Made by a program: the position numbers and the translations under genes
Notes under the pieces: generated by a model
Told to the model about the DNA's origin: nothing
Database searches by the model: none
What the model saw: the letters and a program-made list of their open reading frames with translations, nothing else
Shown: piece after piece, positions 1 to 10,878 of the stretch
Layout of the letters: each line of letters starts with the position of its first letter
How positions within the stretch are numbered: the stretch's first letter is position 1
Source of the DNA: an uncultured Porphyromonadaceae bacterium
Lineage (GTDB): Bacteria; Bacteroidota; Bacteroidia; Bacteroidales; Barnesiellaceae_A
Assembly: GCA_937891845.1 (NCBI GenBank)
Contig: CALATP010000049.1
Location: 26,744-90,743 of the forward strand
Length of the DNA: 64,000 nucleotides
Direction of reading: 5' to 3'

Positions 1-1076
1 GCTGCGGTGCGTACATTGGGTTCGTTCATCGTGATGCTGTCAAGACTAAGTCCGTATGATTGTGCTGTAGCCGGCATTAGTTGCATTATACCTTGTGCCC
101 CTACCCACGACACAACAGTAGAATCAAATCGGGATTCGTGAAAAGCTATCGCGGCCAACATACGCCAGTCCCAACCTATCTTGGCTGCCTCTCGCTTGAA
201 TATTGCATCGTGTTCGGAGATGCGACCTTCCGATACAGAAAGTATAGATGATGTGGTGCGTCGCTTGCTAGACTCAAAATATCTGCGTGCTATTGCTTTG
301 AATTCATCGCTATCTTGGTTGTCGGTAATCCATTGGTCTACGGCTTGGGCTAGTTGAGGCGAGTCGTGTCGGACAGCCCAACGTGAGCGCTGCGGAAAAC
401 TAACCGACAGGTATATGTCTATATTATTATAATATGTGCGATTGAGCCTGGCTAGTGGCTCGTCGGCAAGAGTATATTCTATTTCGCCATTCGATACCAT
501 TTCAATCAGGTCTTCGGTTACAATTGTGTCGCGGTTGATGCAATGAATATTGATTCCCCCTCCTAGCTCATTATTGAGGTTGTTTATTCGTTCTTCATAT
601 TTTGAACCTCGTTCTACATATACATCTTTGCCTACTAACTCGGTAACATCTGTTATAGGATTTTTGTCGGACTGTATCACTACTTGGTGGCTTATTCTTT
701 CAGGACCGCAGTATAGAAGTTGCGATTTGCTGTCACCGGTTATTGGCATATTATATACTATGATATCACCCACGCTATCAAGTAGCATCTGTGTGAGGTT
801 GGTGATGTTATCGGCTACTATAATATTGAGTTTTACACCTATATCGTCGGCAAAACGTTTGATTATTTCATATTCATAACCTCTTTCTTCTCCTTTATAT
901 AAAAAGTAACTTGTTGAACTTGATAATGTTATTACATTGAGCACCCCCCTATTCTTTATAGAATCGAGGTCATTGACTATGATGCTATCATTGCTAGTGT
1001 GCTGGAAGTTACATCCAACCATCGTCGACAATAATATCATTATAATAGATAATGCGTATATAATAGTTTGTTTCAT
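1..1076 (-). CDS. mltF: Membrane-bound lytic murein transglycosylase F-like protein (periplasmic solute-binding domain plus SLT domain). The C-terminus runs off the left edge of the window.
   Basis: Hand translation from the ATG at 1076 gives MKQTIIYALSIIMILLSTMVGCNF (signal/lipobox). A solute-binding-like domain follows, then the SLT motif AIAFHESRFD...GAQGIMQLMPATA. The ORF is absent from the track because it is truncated by the window edge. Confidence 0.8.
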   Translation of the reverse strand, partial: MKQTIIYALSIIMILLSTMVGCNFQHTSNDSIIVNDLDSIKNRGVLNVITLSSSTSYFLYKGEERGYEYEIIKRFADDIGVKLNIIVADNITNLTQMLLDSVGDIIVYNMPITGDSKSQLLYCGPERISHQVVIQSDKNPITDVTELVGKDVYVERGSKYEERINNLNNELGGGINIHCINRDTIVTEDLIEMVSNGEIEYTLADEPLARLNRTYYNNIDIYLSVSFPQRSRWAVRHDSPQLAQAVDQWITDNQDSDEFKAIARRYFESSKRRTTSSILSVSEGRISEHDAIFKREAAKIGWDWRMLAAIAFHESRFDSTVVSWVGAQGIMQLMPATAQSYGLSLDSITMNEPNVRTA

Positions 1077-1103
1077 ACTTTTTTATAATGAGTGATATAC
1101 CTT

Positions 1104-1150
1104 AAAAACAAAAAGAGGGGCGACGAAACTATCATTTCGCACTCCTCTCA
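1104..1150 (-). terminator. Imperfect hairpin followed by a U5GU5 tract on the minus strand, downstream of udk.
   Basis: The minus strand reads GAGGAGTGCGAAATGATAGTTTCGTCGCCCCTC then TTTTTGTTTTT. It starts about 37 nt after the udk stop. Confidence 0.55.
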
Positions 1151-1186
1151 ATTATTATTGCAAATCGTATTTACTTACTATATGCT

Positions 1187-1798
1187 TTATCTGTTGAGTT
1201 TGTGTGAAATATAGTCTTTCATCATTTCAATGGCCACAGTGTTATGTCCTCCTTGAGGAATAATAAGGTCGGCATAACGCTTGGTCGGCTCTATGTGCTG
1301 CAAGTGCATAGGTCTTAATACTTTCTCATAACGATCAATAACCATTTCGACGGTGCGACCTCGTTCTATGATGTCGCGATTGATAACGCGGATGAGTCGT
1401 TCGTCGCTGTCTGCATCGACAAATATTTTCATATCGAGCATATCACGTAAGTTTTGATCACATAGTATCAATATACCTTCGACAATGATTATTTCGCGAG
1501 GTTCTACGTGTACAGTTTCGGGTTGACGTGTACAGGTGAGGTATGAGTAAGTGGGTTGTTCTATTGCTTCGCCATTTTTGAGTTGTTTGAGTTGTTTCAC
1601 CAATAGTTCCCATTCAATAGCTGCCGGCTCGTCAAAGTTGAGTTTAAGTCGTTCCTCAAGAGGCAAGTGACTGCTATCTCTATAATATGAGTCTTGTGGA
1701 ATGACTGCTACTTCTCCATCGCAAAAGCTCTCTACTATTTTGCGCACTACAGTGGTTTTACCCGAACCGGTACCTCCGGCAATTCCTATGACTAGCAT
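1187..1798 (-). CDS. udk: Uridine kinase
   Basis: 203 aa. P-loop GIAGGTGSGKTT at the N-terminus. Length and overall sequence are typical of uridine/cytidine kinase. Confidence 0.92.
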   Translation of the reverse strand: MLVIGIAGGTGSGKTTVVRKIVESFCDGEVAVIPQDSYYRDSSHLPLEERLKLNFDEPAAIEWELLVKQLKQLKNGEAIEQPTYSYLTCTRQPETVHVEPREIIIVEGILILCDQNLRDMLDMKIFVDADSDERLIRVINRDIIERGRTVEMVIDRYEKVLRPMHLQHIEPTKRYADLIIPQGGHNTVAIEMMKDYISHKLNR

Positions 1799-1825
1799 AA
1801 TGTATAAGTTTTACTGAATAGTTAT

Positions 1826-2992
1826 TCAATAAGTGAATTCTCCAAACTCCGATTTGATGATAAGTTCGTTGTGATCACACTCCTCTACTCTACCCACGAT
1901 TTGAGCTTCTATACCAAAGCTTTGCGCTATCTCGATAACTTTTGCTGCATCTTGCGGTGATACGTAGATTTCCATACGGTGTCCCATATTGAATACTTTG
2001 TACATCTCTTTCCAATCGGTACCCGATTGTTCTTGTATTGTTTTAAATAGAGGCGGAACCGGGAACAAGTTGTCTTTAATGACACGTTTGTTCTCTACAA
2101 AGTGCATTACCTTGGTTTGTGCGCCACCCGAGCAGTGTACCATACCGTGTACACAATTGCGCATTTCATCTAATAGTTTCTTGATAACAGGTGCGTATGT
2201 TCTGGTGGGCGATAATACGAGTTTTCCGGCATCTATATTAACACCACTGACAGAGTCGGTAAGTTTGAGACCACCCGAATAAACAAGTTCATCGGGTACG
2301 GCATTGTCGTAGCTTTCGGGGTATTTTTCAGCCAAATACTTGGCAAAAACGTCGTGACGAGCCGAAGTGAGTCCGTTACTACCCATACCACCGTTATATT
2401 CTTTTTCATAGTTGGCTTGTCCGTATGATGCCATACCTACAATGACATCGCCCGAGGCAATATTTGCATTGTTTATAACATCACTACGACGCATACGACA
2501 AGTTACGGTACTATCAACGATAATGGTGCGTACAAGGTCACCAACGTCGGCTGTCTCGCCACCGGTAGCATAGGCATTTACTCCCATTTCACGCAATTCG
2601 GCAAGTAGCTCTTCAGTGCCATTGATAATGGCCGATATCACTTCGCCCGGAACTAATAATTTGTTGCGTCCGATAGTCGATGATACTAATATGTTGTCTG
2701 TTGCACCCACACATAGCAAATCGTCGATATTCATTATGAGTGCATCTTGGGCAATTCCTTTCCATACCGAAAGGTCGCCTGTTTCGCGCCAATACATATA
2801 TGCCAATGATGATTTTGTACCGGCACCGTCGGCGTGCATAATGTTACAATATTCGGGATCACCTCCTAGAATGTCGGGAATTATCTTACAGAATGCACGA
2901 GGAAATAATCCTTTGTCTATATTCTTTATGGCGTTGTGTACATCTTCTTTCGATGCCGATACGCCTCTGAGGTTGTAGCGTTGGTCACTCAT
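1826..2992 (-). CDS. purM: Phosphoribosylformylglycinamidine cyclo-ligase (AIR synthase), Bacteroidota long form
   Basis: 388 aa. Contains the PurM-type HADGAGTKS motif. The AIR-synthase N and C domain layout is recognisable. Confidence 0.75.
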   Translation of the reverse strand: MSDQRYNLRGVSASKEDVHNAIKNIDKGLFPRAFCKIIPDILGGDPEYCNIMHADGAGTKSSLAYMYWRETGDLSVWKGIAQDALIMNIDDLLCVGATDNILVSSTIGRNKLLVPGEVISAIINGTEELLAELREMGVNAYATGGETADVGDLVRTIIVDSTVTCRMRRSDVINNANIASGDVIVGMASYGQANYEKEYNGGMGSNGLTSARHDVFAKYLAEKYPESYDNAVPDELVYSGGLKLTDSVSGVNIDAGKLVLSPTRTYAPVIKKLLDEMRNCVHGMVHCSGGAQTKVMHFVENKRVIKDNLFPVPPLFKTIQEQSGTDWKEMYKVFNMGHRMEIYVSPQDAAKVIEIAQSFGIEAQIVGRVEECDHNELIIKSEFGEFTY

Positions 2993-3009
2993 ATATAATG
3001 TTTGTTTTT

Positions 3010-4797
3010 TTAATCTAACTTAAGTACGGCAAGGAATGCTTTTTGAGGTACTTCTACTGTACCTATCTGTTTCATTCGTTTTTTACCTTTTTTCTGCTTT
3101 TCAAGTAGCTTGCGCTTACGACTGATGTCACCACCATAGCACTTGGCTGTTACATCTTTACGAACTGCTTTTATAGTTTCGCGTGCAATGATTTTTGCTC
3201 CTATGGCTGCTTGGATGGCAATATCGAATTGTTGACGTGGAATAAGCTCTTTGAGTTTCTCGCACATACGACGACCGAATGTTACCGCATTATCGACGTG
3301 TGTCAGTGTAGATAGTGCATCGACACTTTCTCCATTGAGCAGTATATCTAGTTTGATAAGTTTACTTTCTCGGAAGTCGTGTATGTGGTAGTCGAATGAT
3401 GCATAACCTTTTGATATGGATTTGAGTTTATCATAAAAATCAATCACAATCTCACCCAAAGGCATATCATAGATGAGTTCAACACGGTTGCCCGATATGT
3501 ATTCTTGCTTAATGAGTTCGCCACGCTTGCCAAGACATAATGTCATAATTGGTCCTATATATTCTGTTGTAGTAATGACCGAAGCACGTATATAGGGCTC
3601 TTCGATATGGTCTATCAAGGTAATATCGGGTAGCCCCGATGGGTTGTGAACCTCGGTTTTATTGCCTTTTTTATCATATACCATATACGAAACATTGGGG
3701 ACTGTGGTGATAACGTCCATATCAAACTCTCGGTCGAGTCGTTCTTGGACAATTTCCATATGCAACAATCCCAAAAAACCGCACCGGAAACCAAATCCTA
3801 GTGCTGCAGAAGATTCGGGTTGGAATGTCAGTGAGGCATCGTTGAGCTGAAGTTTTTCGAGTGAAGTGCGAAGGTTTTCAAAGTCTTCTGTGTCAATGGG
3901 ATATACACCGGCAAAAACCATCGGTTTAACTTCTTCAAAACCATCTATCGCTGTCTCGCAGGGACGTGCTACGTGAGTGATCGTATCGCCCACTTTTACT
4001 TCGCGAGAGGTTTTTATACCAGATATGATATATCCAACATTTCCGGCACTGAGTTGGTCTCTGGGAGACATATCAAGTTTGAGTACTCCTATTTCGTCGG
4101 CATCATATTCTTTTCCTGTTGCCACGAATTTTACCATATCGCCTTTGCGAATGGTGCCGTTGCATATCTTGAAATAAGCAATAATGCCACGAAATGGATT
4201 GAATACAGAGTCGAAAATAAGGCATTGTAATGGCGCATTTACATCGCCTTTGGGGGCAGGTATGCGTTCGACGATGGCCGATAGTATTTCTTCTACACCT
4301 ATACCTGTTTTGCCACTGGCTCTAATTATCTCTTCACGTTTACAACCTAATAATTCAATTATTTGGTCTTCAACTTCTTCGGGCATTGCACTGTCAAGGT
4401 CTACTTTATTGACAATCGGAATTATTTCCAAGTCATTCTCGATGGCCATATACAGGTTGGATATGGTCTGTGCTTGTATGCCTTGAGAGGCATCTACGAT
4501 AAGCAAAGCGCCTTCACAGGCTGCAATCGAGCGAGATACTTCGTATGAGAAGTCTACGTGTCCCGGAGTATCAATAAGGTTGAGAATATATTTTTCGTTA
4601 TTATAGGTATATTCCATCTGTATGGCGTGACTCTTGATGGTAATGCCTCTTTCGCGTTCGAGATCCATATCATCAAGCAATTGATCTTGCAAGTCTTTGC
4701 CGGCTACGGTATTGGTGTATTCCAATAGTCGGTCGGCAAGTGTGCTTTTGCCGTGATCAATGTGTGCAATGATGCAGAAGTTACGTATTTTATTCAT
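3010..4797 (-). CDS. lepA: Elongation factor 4
   Basis: 595 aa. GTPase motifs [14 protein letters not shown] and NKVD, plus the LepA-specific C-terminal domain. Confidence 0.95.
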   Translation of the reverse strand: MNKIRNFCIIAHIDHGKSTLADRLLEYTNTVAGKDLQDQLLDDMDLERERGITIKSHAIQMEYTYNNEKYILNLIDTPGHVDFSYEVSRSIAACEGALLIVDASQGIQAQTISNLYMAIENDLEIIPIVNKVDLDSAMPEEVEDQIIELLGCKREEIIRASGKTGIGVEEILSAIVERIPAPKGDVNAPLQCLIFDSVFNPFRGIIAYFKICNGTIRKGDMVKFVATGKEYDADEIGVLKLDMSPRDQLSAGNVGYIISGIKTSREVKVGDTITHVARPCETAIDGFEEVKPMVFAGVYPIDTEDFENLRTSLEKLQLNDASLTFQPESSAALGFGFRCGFLGLLHMEIVQERLDREFDMDVITTVPNVSYMVYDKKGNKTEVHNPSGLPDITLIDHIEEPYIRASVITTTEYIGPIMTLCLGKRGELIKQEYISGNRVELIYDMPLGEIVIDFYDKLKSISKGYASFDYHIHDFRESKLIKLDILLNGESVDALSTLTHVDNAVTFGRRMCEKLKELIPRQQFDIAIQAAIGAKIIARETIKAVRKDVTAKCYGGDISRKRKLLEKQKKGKKRMKQIGTVEVPQKAFLAVLKLD

Positions 4798-4819
4798 ATA
4801 TGTATATTAGCAATAAATA

Positions 4820-7000
4820 TTAGTTACCCATCTCCGAGATGAATTTGATGCGAATAAGTCTTATTTCTTCCTCGGTATAGTCCATTCCAAACTCGTTGAT
4901 GGCTTCTTCCAGACTATCGCTTTCGCTCTCTTTGAAGTAGTCGAAAATCTCTTCAATGTGGTCATCTTCCATTATTTCGTGAAGGAAATAATCGATGTTG
5001 ATTTTTGTGCCTGAGTAGACAATAGCTTCTATCTCGTCGAGAAGCTCGTCAAAGTCTAAATCTTTCGACTCGGCTAGCTCGTCTAGAGCCACTTTGCGAT
5101 CTATGGCCTGAATGATGGAAACTTTAAGTTTTGACTTGTTGGCAATGGTGCGTACACGGAGGTCTTCGGGTCTTTCTATTTCATTTTCGTCGACGTGTAG
5201 TTTTATAACCTTAACAAACTCCTCACCATAACGTTTGGCCTTTCCGGCACCCACACCCGGTATGTTTTGCAACTCTTCAATAGTGATGGGATAAGTAGTT
5301 GCCATTGCTTCGAGTGATGGGTCTTGGAATATTACGTATGGAGGTAACTCAAGTTTTTTAGCCATTTTCTTGCGCAAGTCTTTGAGTATCGAGAATAATT
5401 CGGGGTCGACTGCACAAGACGCACCACCCTTGATGGGGGCTTCTTCTTCAATTTCGTCAAAGTCTGTGTCTTTGACAATTTTGAATGGTTGTGGTTTGTC
5501 GAGGAATTTTCGTCCGGCACTTGTTACCTTGAGCAGACCATAATTCTCAATTTCTTTTGTGAGGTATCCGCCAATAAGTGCTTGACGTATTACAGCATTC
5601 CACGTTTTATCATCTTCTGATTGTCCGCAGCCAAATACTTCTAAATCATCGTGACGATATGCAGTTACTTGATTGGTTTGTTTTCCTACAATTACATCTA
5701 TAACGTGTTCTGTTTTGAACTCTTCTTTTAGGGCAATAACCGTTTCGATAACGGCACATAAAAGGTCTTTTGCTTCCACTTGTTTTTTAGGATTTAAACA
5801 ATTATCACAGTTGCCGCAGTTTTCTTCATTATACTCTTCACCGAAGTAGTGTAAAAGCAATTTGCGGCGACAAACAGATGATTCGGCATAAGCAGCTGTT
5901 TCAAGGAGCAGTTGTTTGCCTATTTCTTGCTCGGCAATAGGCTTGCCTTGCATAAATTTTTCGAGTTTTTGCAGGTCTTTATTTACATAGAATGTTATAC
6001 ACTGTCCTTCTCCGCCATCACGACCGGCGCGCCCGGTTTCTTGGTAATATCCTTCAAGACTCTTGGGAATATCGTAGTGTATAACATATCGCACATCGGG
6101 CTTGTCTATACCCATACCGAATGCTATTGTGGCAACAATAACATCTACTTTTTCTAATAGGAATGCGTCTTGGTTTTCGGTGCGAGTTACCGAGTCCATT
6201 CCTGCGTGGTATGGTAGTACTTTTATGCCGTTGAGGCTGAGCAGCTCGGCTAGCTCTTCTACTTTTTTGCGACTCAAACAGTATATAATACCCGACTTGC
6301 CTTCTTGCTGTTTAATGTATTTGATAATGTCTTTATCTACATTGGCTGTTTTGGGGCGTACTTCGTAGTAGAGATTTTCTCTATTGAAAGATGACTTGAA
6401 AACAGCGGCATTGGTCATACCGAGGTTCTTCTGTATATCGTGTTGCACTTTGGGCGTTGCGGTTGCTGTAAGTGCAATAACCGGCCTATTGCCTATTTCG
6501 TTGATAATGGGTCGTATGCGACGGTATTCGGGACGAAAATCGTGTCCCCACTCCGATATACAGTGAGCCTCATCGACAGCATAAAATGAGACGTTGATTT
6601 GTTTTAGAAATTCAATATTATCCTCTTTGGTGAGTGACTCTGGTGCAACATATAACAACTTGGTTTTGCCGCACATTATGTCATTCTTTACTTGATCGAT
6701 TGCCGCTTTATTGAGCGATGAGTTGATAAAGTGAGCTATGCCATCTTCTTCGCTGAAGTTGCGCATAGCATCGACTTGATTTTTCATCAAGGCAATAAGC
6801 GGTGATATGACAATGGCAGTTCCATCGAGCATAAGCGAGGGCAATTGGTAGCAAAGTGATTTTCCACCTCCGGTAGGCATAAGGACAAAGGTGTCTTTGC
6901 CTTCTAGTAGGTTGCGGATGATTGCTTCTTGATTACCCTTGAATTTGTCAAACCCAAAGTTGTGCTTCAGAGCTTCGATGAGGTTGTTTTTTGCTGCCAT
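4820..7000 (-). CDS. recQ: ATP-dependent DNA helicase RecQ (726-aa form with a C-terminal extension after HRDC)
   Basis: Walker A PTGGGKS, DEAH box VDEAHCISEWGHDFRPEY, zinc motif CGNCDNC, and an HRDC-like segment. Confidence 0.95.
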   Translation of the reverse strand: MAAKNNLIEALKHNFGFDKFKGNQEAIIRNLLEGKDTFVLMPTGGGKSLCYQLPSLMLDGTAIVISPLIALMKNQVDAMRNFSEEDGIAHFINSSLNKAAIDQVKNDIMCGKTKLLYVAPESLTKEDNIEFLKQINVSFYAVDEAHCISEWGHDFRPEYRRIRPIINEIGNRPVIALTATATPKVQHDIQKNLGMTNAAVFKSSFNRENLYYEVRPKTANVDKDIIKYIKQQEGKSGIIYCLSRKKVEELAELLSLNGIKVLPYHAGMDSVTRTENQDAFLLEKVDVIVATIAFGMGIDKPDVRYVIHYDIPKSLEGYYQETGRAGRDGGEGQCITFYVNKDLQKLEKFMQGKPIAEQEIGKQLLLETAAYAESSVCRRKLLLHYFGEEYNEENCGNCDNCLNPKKQVEAKDLLCAVIETVIALKEEFKTEHVIDVIVGKQTNQVTAYRHDDLEVFGCGQSEDDKTWNAVIRQALIGGYLTKEIENYGLLKVTSAGRKFLDKPQPFKIVKDTDFDEIEEEAPIKGGASCAVDPELFSILKDLRKKMAKKLELPPYVIFQDPSLEAMATTYPITIEELQNIPGVGAGKAKRYGEEFVKVIKLHVDENEIERPEDLRVRTIANKSKLKVSIIQAIDRKVALDELAESKDLDFDELLDEIEAIVYSGTKINIDYFLHEIMEDDHIEEIFDYFKESESDSLEEAINEFGMDYTEEEIRLIRIKFISEMGN

Positions 7001-7047
7001 AGTTCTATTTTTGAGTTATTCTTGAGGATAGTTTGTATTTGTTAAAA

Positions 7048-7055
7048 CAAATTTA
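7048..7055 (-). promoter_or_regulatory. Candidate Bacteroidota sigma-A -7 box (TAaaTTTG on the minus strand) upstream of recQ
   Basis: The plus strand reads CAAATTTA, 48 nt upstream of the recQ ATG. This is a match to the TAnnTTTG consensus only. Confidence 0.35.
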
Positions 7056-7097
7056 TAAATAACCTGCGAACTTTGCCAAGTTTTTTTGCAAAAAAAA

Positions 7098-8363
7098 TTA
7101 GGAAATTCGTAAACTATTGTTCCGTTCAAATTTTTCCATCGCATATTCGCGTGTAATATGCAGTTTTTGGGTGCCGGATGCAGGCGTTTCGTACATAGCA
7201 TCAATCATTATTGTTTCAACAATAGACCGAAGTCCGCGAGCTCCTAGTTTATATTGTATTGCTTTCTCTACAATATAATCCAGCATTTGCTCATCAAAAG
7301 TCAACTCTACACCATCGATTTCAAAAAGTTTGATGTATTGTTTGATGATAGAGTTGCGTGGTTCGGTTAGAATTCTACGTAGTGCCGCTGCGTCAAGTGG
7401 CTCGAGATATGTGAGGATAGGAAGGCGACCTATTATCTCGGGTATGAGTCCGAATGATCTCAAATCTTGTGGCGCGATATATTGCAATAGGTTGTCGCGG
7501 TCTACTTGTTGAGCTGCATCGTTGTTATATCCGACAACGTGTGTATTGAGTCGCATCGCAATCTTGCGTTCGATACCTTCAAAGGCACCTCCACATATAA
7601 AGAGAATATTTTTGGTGTCTATTGCAATCATTTTTTGTTCGGGGTGTTTGCGTCCGCCTTGTGGTGGAACATTTACAACCGAACCTTCCAATAGTTTGAG
7701 TAGTCCTTGTTGCACTCCTTCACCACTGACATCGCGAGTGATAGATGGGTTGTCACCCTTACGGGCTATCTTGTCTATCTCGTCGATAAATACAATACCT
7801 CGCTCGGCGGCTGCAACATCGTAATCGGTGGCTTGTAGTAGTCTTACCAAGAGACTTTCTACGTCCTCGCCCACATATCCGGCCTCGGTGAGTACTGTGG
7901 CATCTACAATGGCAAAGGGTACTTTCAGCATCTTGGCTATAGAACGAGCCAAAAGAGTCTTTCCTGTACCTGTGCGACCAACAAGTATAATGTTTGATTT
8001 CTCAATTTCTACATCATTGTCATCTTGTTGAGTAGACGGGTGTAACAATCGTTTGTAGTGATTGTATACAGCTACTGACAGATAGCGTTTGGCATCGTCC
8101 TGGCCTATTACATATTGGTCAAGAAAGTTTTTTATTTCGCTAGGCTTGGGAAGTGTTGCCAAATCCAAGGCCCATTTGTCGGGAATATTCTTTTTGTTCT
8201 TGCTGTTTGTGTCGTTGACAAATCCTGCATCCTTGCATAGATTGTAGGCTTGCTGTATGCAATCGGAGCATACCGAGCCATTGCGACCTGTGAGGAGCGG
8301 GCGTGTGGGAGATTCACCTCTACCACAAAGACAACACTTTTCAGTATCTTCTTTTTTCGCCAT
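7098..8363 (-). CDS. clpX: ATP-dependent Clp protease ATP-binding subunit ClpX
   Basis: 421 aa. N-terminal zinc ribbon (CCLCG...CSDC) and Walker A GRTGTGKT. The gene starts 3 nt after clpP. Confidence 0.95.
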   Translation of the reverse strand: MAKKEDTEKCCLCGRGESPTRPLLTGRNGSVCSDCIQQAYNLCKDAGFVNDTNSKNKKNIPDKWALDLATLPKPSEIKNFLDQYVIGQDDAKRYLSVAVYNHYKRLLHPSTQQDDNDVEIEKSNIILVGRTGTGKTLLARSIAKMLKVPFAIVDATVLTEAGYVGEDVESLLVRLLQATDYDVAAAERGIVFIDEIDKIARKGDNPSITRDVSGEGVQQGLLKLLEGSVVNVPPQGGRKHPEQKMIAIDTKNILFICGGAFEGIERKIAMRLNTHVVGYNNDAAQQVDRDNLLQYIAPQDLRSFGLIPEIIGRLPILTYLEPLDAAALRRILTEPRNSIIKQYIKLFEIDGVELTFDEQMLDYIVEKAIQYKLGARGLRSIVETIMIDAMYETPASGTQKLHITREYAMEKFERNNSLRIS

Positions 8364-8366
8364 ATA

Positions 8367-9041
8367 TTATTTTCTCTCTCTTATTAATACCTTGTCTATC
8401 ATACCATACTCGCGAGCTTCTTGTGCAGTCATCCAATAGTCACGATCCGAGTCTTTCCATACTTTCTCGTAGTCGTTGCCCGAATGCTCGGCTATGATGG
8501 TATATAGCTCTTTTTTGAGTTTTTGTATCTCGCGTGCAGTGATTTCTATATCCGATGCTTGACCTTGCGCACCACCCATAGGCTGATGTATCATTACACG
8601 TGAGTGTTTCAGTGCAAATCGTTTGTCTTTTTGTCCTGCTACTAGCAATACAGCTGCCATTGATGCGGCCATACCGGTGCATATTGTAGATATGTCGCAA
8701 CCGATGTATTGCATTGTATCATATATTCCTAATCCGGCATATACCGATCCACCGGGGCTGTTGATATATATTGATATATCCTTGCCGGGGTCGGCACTAT
8801 CAAGATATAATAGTTGTGCTTGTATGACATTGGCGGTATAGTCATCGATAGGTGTGCCTAAGAATATGATGCGATCCATCATCAATCTCGAAAAGACGTC
8901 CATTTGTGTTACGTTGAGCTGACGTTCTTCCATAATTGATGGCGAAAGATAACTGTTACTTATTTGCTGTGAGTATTGGTCTAGTGACAAACCGTTCATA
9001 CCCAAGTGTTGTACTGCAAATTTTCTAAAGTCGTTGTTCAT
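8367..9041 (-). CDS. clpP: ATP-dependent Clp protease proteolytic subunit ClpP
   Basis: 224 aa. Catalytic-serine context GMAASMAAVLL and the histidine context MIHQP. It carries the N-terminal extension typical of Bacteroidales. Confidence 0.95.
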   Translation of the reverse strand: MNNDFRKFAVQHLGMNGLSLDQYSQQISNSYLSPSIMEERQLNVTQMDVFSRLMMDRIIFLGTPIDDYTANVIQAQLLYLDSADPGKDISIYINSPGGSVYAGLGIYDTMQYIGCDISTICTGMAASMAAVLLVAGQKDKRFALKHSRVMIHQPMGGAQGQASDIEITAREIQKLKKELYTIIAEHSGNDYEKVWKDSDRDYWMTAQEAREYGMIDKVLIRERK

Positions 9042-9069
9042 AATTTTAATCTTTTGATCTTTTATCGTT

Positions 9070-9077
9070 CAAAGATA
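9070..9077 (-). promoter_or_regulatory. Candidate -7 box (TAtcTTTG on the minus strand) upstream of clpP
   Basis: The plus strand reads CAAAGATA, 29 nt upstream of the clpP ATG. It is preceded on the minus strand by an A/T-rich AAATTTAT element. Confidence 0.5.
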
Positions 9078-9291
9078 GCAATAAATTTGATTATACAATC
9101 AATTTATACTTGTTCTTGAACTATTTTACCTTAATTATTTGCGCTTGTTATATATGTTAGAACAAAGATAATATAAATGCTGTTTTCTGTCTTGTTTTTT
9201 GACTATTAAAATTGATATTTAATAGTTGTTTTTGTATGTAGTGTGGATTTTATACTATTGTTAGATAATATTGCATTGCGTTGTATATTAT

Positions 9292-9326
9292 ATAAAAAAG
9301 CTGCTCGATATGTATCGAGCAGCTTT
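9292..9326 (-). terminator. Rho-independent terminator of tig
   Basis: The minus strand reads AAGCTGCTCGATA-CA-TATCGAGCAGCTT followed by TTTTTTATATA. It starts about 25 nt after the tig stop. Confidence 0.8.
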
Positions 9327-9351
9327 ATCTTGATAGCAGAATGGGCTGATA

Positions 9352-10698
9352 TTACTCTTGGAAGAGCTTGCCAAATTCTTCTGTGCTGATTTCTTTTGCA
9401 TCGAGTGTGACAGCGTTTTTGATGGCATTTTGTATTTTTGCCTCTGTTGCACGGTCGATGAGTTGAGCGCGTGATTCTTTGCTCTTGAGCATCTCTTGTG
9501 AATAGTTTTCGAGAAGCTCGTCGGGTACGTTAGACATACCATATTGAGCAAATTGTTGACGTGTTACGCTTATGGCAAGAGCCTTGAGGTCTTCGTCAAC
9601 AACCTTGATTTCCATATTTTTAGCGATAGTTTCTTTGATGAGATGCCATTTGAGGTCGGCTTCCATCTTGGTGTACTCTTCGTCAATGTTTTCGTCGGTG
9701 TATTTTTCGTTTGTAGCAACCAACCAACGTTTGAGGAAAGAGGCGGGAAGTTCAAACTCGCCAACCGAAGCTTCGATAGCCTTACGGGCATCAATGCCAA
9801 AACGATAGTCGCTTTCGGGCGCAAGTTGTGATGCAATCATTTCGCGTACCTTGGCTGTGTACTCTTCTTCGCTCTTAACGTTGTCTTTGCCAAAGATACC
9901 ATCAAAGAATTCTTGATCGTGCTCGGCGGGTTGCAAGTGAGTGATTTCAGTAACAGTCATTTCAAAGTCGCTCTTAACGTTGGCAGCAACCTCACGGTCG
10001 ATGTTGAGCATAGATGCCAATTCGCCAACCGAGTCTTCGCAAGCAGCGGCAGGATTAAATACAACCTTGTCTCCAACTTTTACGTTGTTGAATTTTTCTT
10101 TCTCAGCTTTGATGTATGCAGGAGAAAGGATTGTGCTTTCAACTACTATACCGCCTTCTTTGGCTGTGCCATTTTCGAGTTCAATCATAGAACCTTTAAC
10201 AAGGTCACGCTCTTCACTTACAGCGTCTACTGTGATTTGCTTGCCTTGACGTTGACGGAACATTTCGTCTTGTTTGGCAACCATATCATCACTTACTGTG
10301 ATTGTGTAGTAAGGTACGTTGATGTTTTTGTCAACATTGACATTAATTTCGGGTGCTAATGCAATGTCAAACTTGAATACGAAGTTGTCATCATTGTCAA
10401 GATCAATAGTTTGATCTTCGGCAGTCATAGGCTCACCGAGAATGTTCAACTTGTTATCGCTTATGTAGTTGTAAAGTGACTCAGAAACCAAACGATTGAT
10501 TTCTTCGGCTTTTACAGATTTGCCAAACATTTTAACCAACATACCGAAGGGTACGTGACCGCGACGGAAGCCGGGTATATTGGCGCGCTCACCGTATGAA
10601 CGGAGCGATTTTTTTACTTTGTCTGCATAGTCGGCTTTTTCTATATCGATAGAAACTACCGCATTAAGATTGTCGATGTTGCTGTGCGAAACTTTCAT
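9352..10698 (-). CDS. tig: Trigger factor
   Basis: 448 aa. Ribosome-binding signature PGFRRGHVP near the N-terminus. The tig-clpP-clpX order is conserved. Confidence 0.92.
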   Translation of the reverse strand: MKVSHSNIDNLNAVVSIDIEKADYADKVKKSLRSYGERANIPGFRRGHVPFGMLVKMFGKSVKAEEINRLVSESLYNYISDNKLNILGEPMTAEDQTIDLDNDDNFVFKFDIALAPEINVNVDKNINVPYYTITVSDDMVAKQDEMFRQRQGKQITVDAVSEERDLVKGSMIELENGTAKEGGIVVESTILSPAYIKAEKEKFNNVKVGDKVVFNPAAACEDSVGELASMLNIDREVAANVKSDFEMTVTEITHLQPAEHDQEFFDGIFGKDNVKSEEEYTAKVREMIASQLAPESDYRFGIDARKAIEASVGEFELPASFLKRWLVATNEKYTDENIDEEYTKMEADLKWHLIKETIAKNMEIKVVDEDLKALAISVTRQQFAQYGMSNVPDELLENYSQEMLKSKESRAQLIDRATEAKIQNAIKNAVTLDAKEISTEEFGKLFQE

Positions 10699-10746
10699 TT
10701 CTAGCTGATATTATATTAGTTAATATTTATTTTTACACACAAACTA

Positions 10747-10764
10747 CCCCTCAAGCGAGAGGGG
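10747..10764 (-). other. GC-rich hairpin (CCCCTC-N6-GAGGGG) between the acidic-protein gene and tig. It could be a weak terminator or a tig leader structure.
   Basis: Perfect 6-bp GC stem. On the minus strand it is followed by TAGTTTGTGTGT. It lies downstream of the candidate tig -7 box. Confidence 0.35.
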
Positions 10765-10781
10765 CTGTCGGTAAGAGGTTG

Positions 10782-10789
10782 CAAAATTA
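10782..10789 (-). promoter_or_regulatory. Candidate -7 box (TAatTTTG on the minus strand) upstream of tig
   Basis: The plus strand reads CAAAATTA, 84 nt upstream of the tig ATG. Confidence 0.35.
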
Positions 10790-10878
10790 GTGCTTATCTT
10801 TCGATATTCAAACAATTATGCAATTTTTTTTTTATTTTATATTGTCGAAAAAAGTATAATCGCGGTGAGAATTGTAAT

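Noticed and set aside
550-879. 109-aa plus-strand ORF near the left edge
   Set aside because: It is antisense to the clearly recognisable mltF-like gene. Its product is low-complexity and rich in S, L and I.
7081-7096. Perfect palindrome TTTTTTTGCAAAAAAA immediately after the clpX stop
   Set aside because: The stem would be almost entirely A-U and is too weak to count as an intrinsic terminator. It is probably just an A/T-rich spacer.
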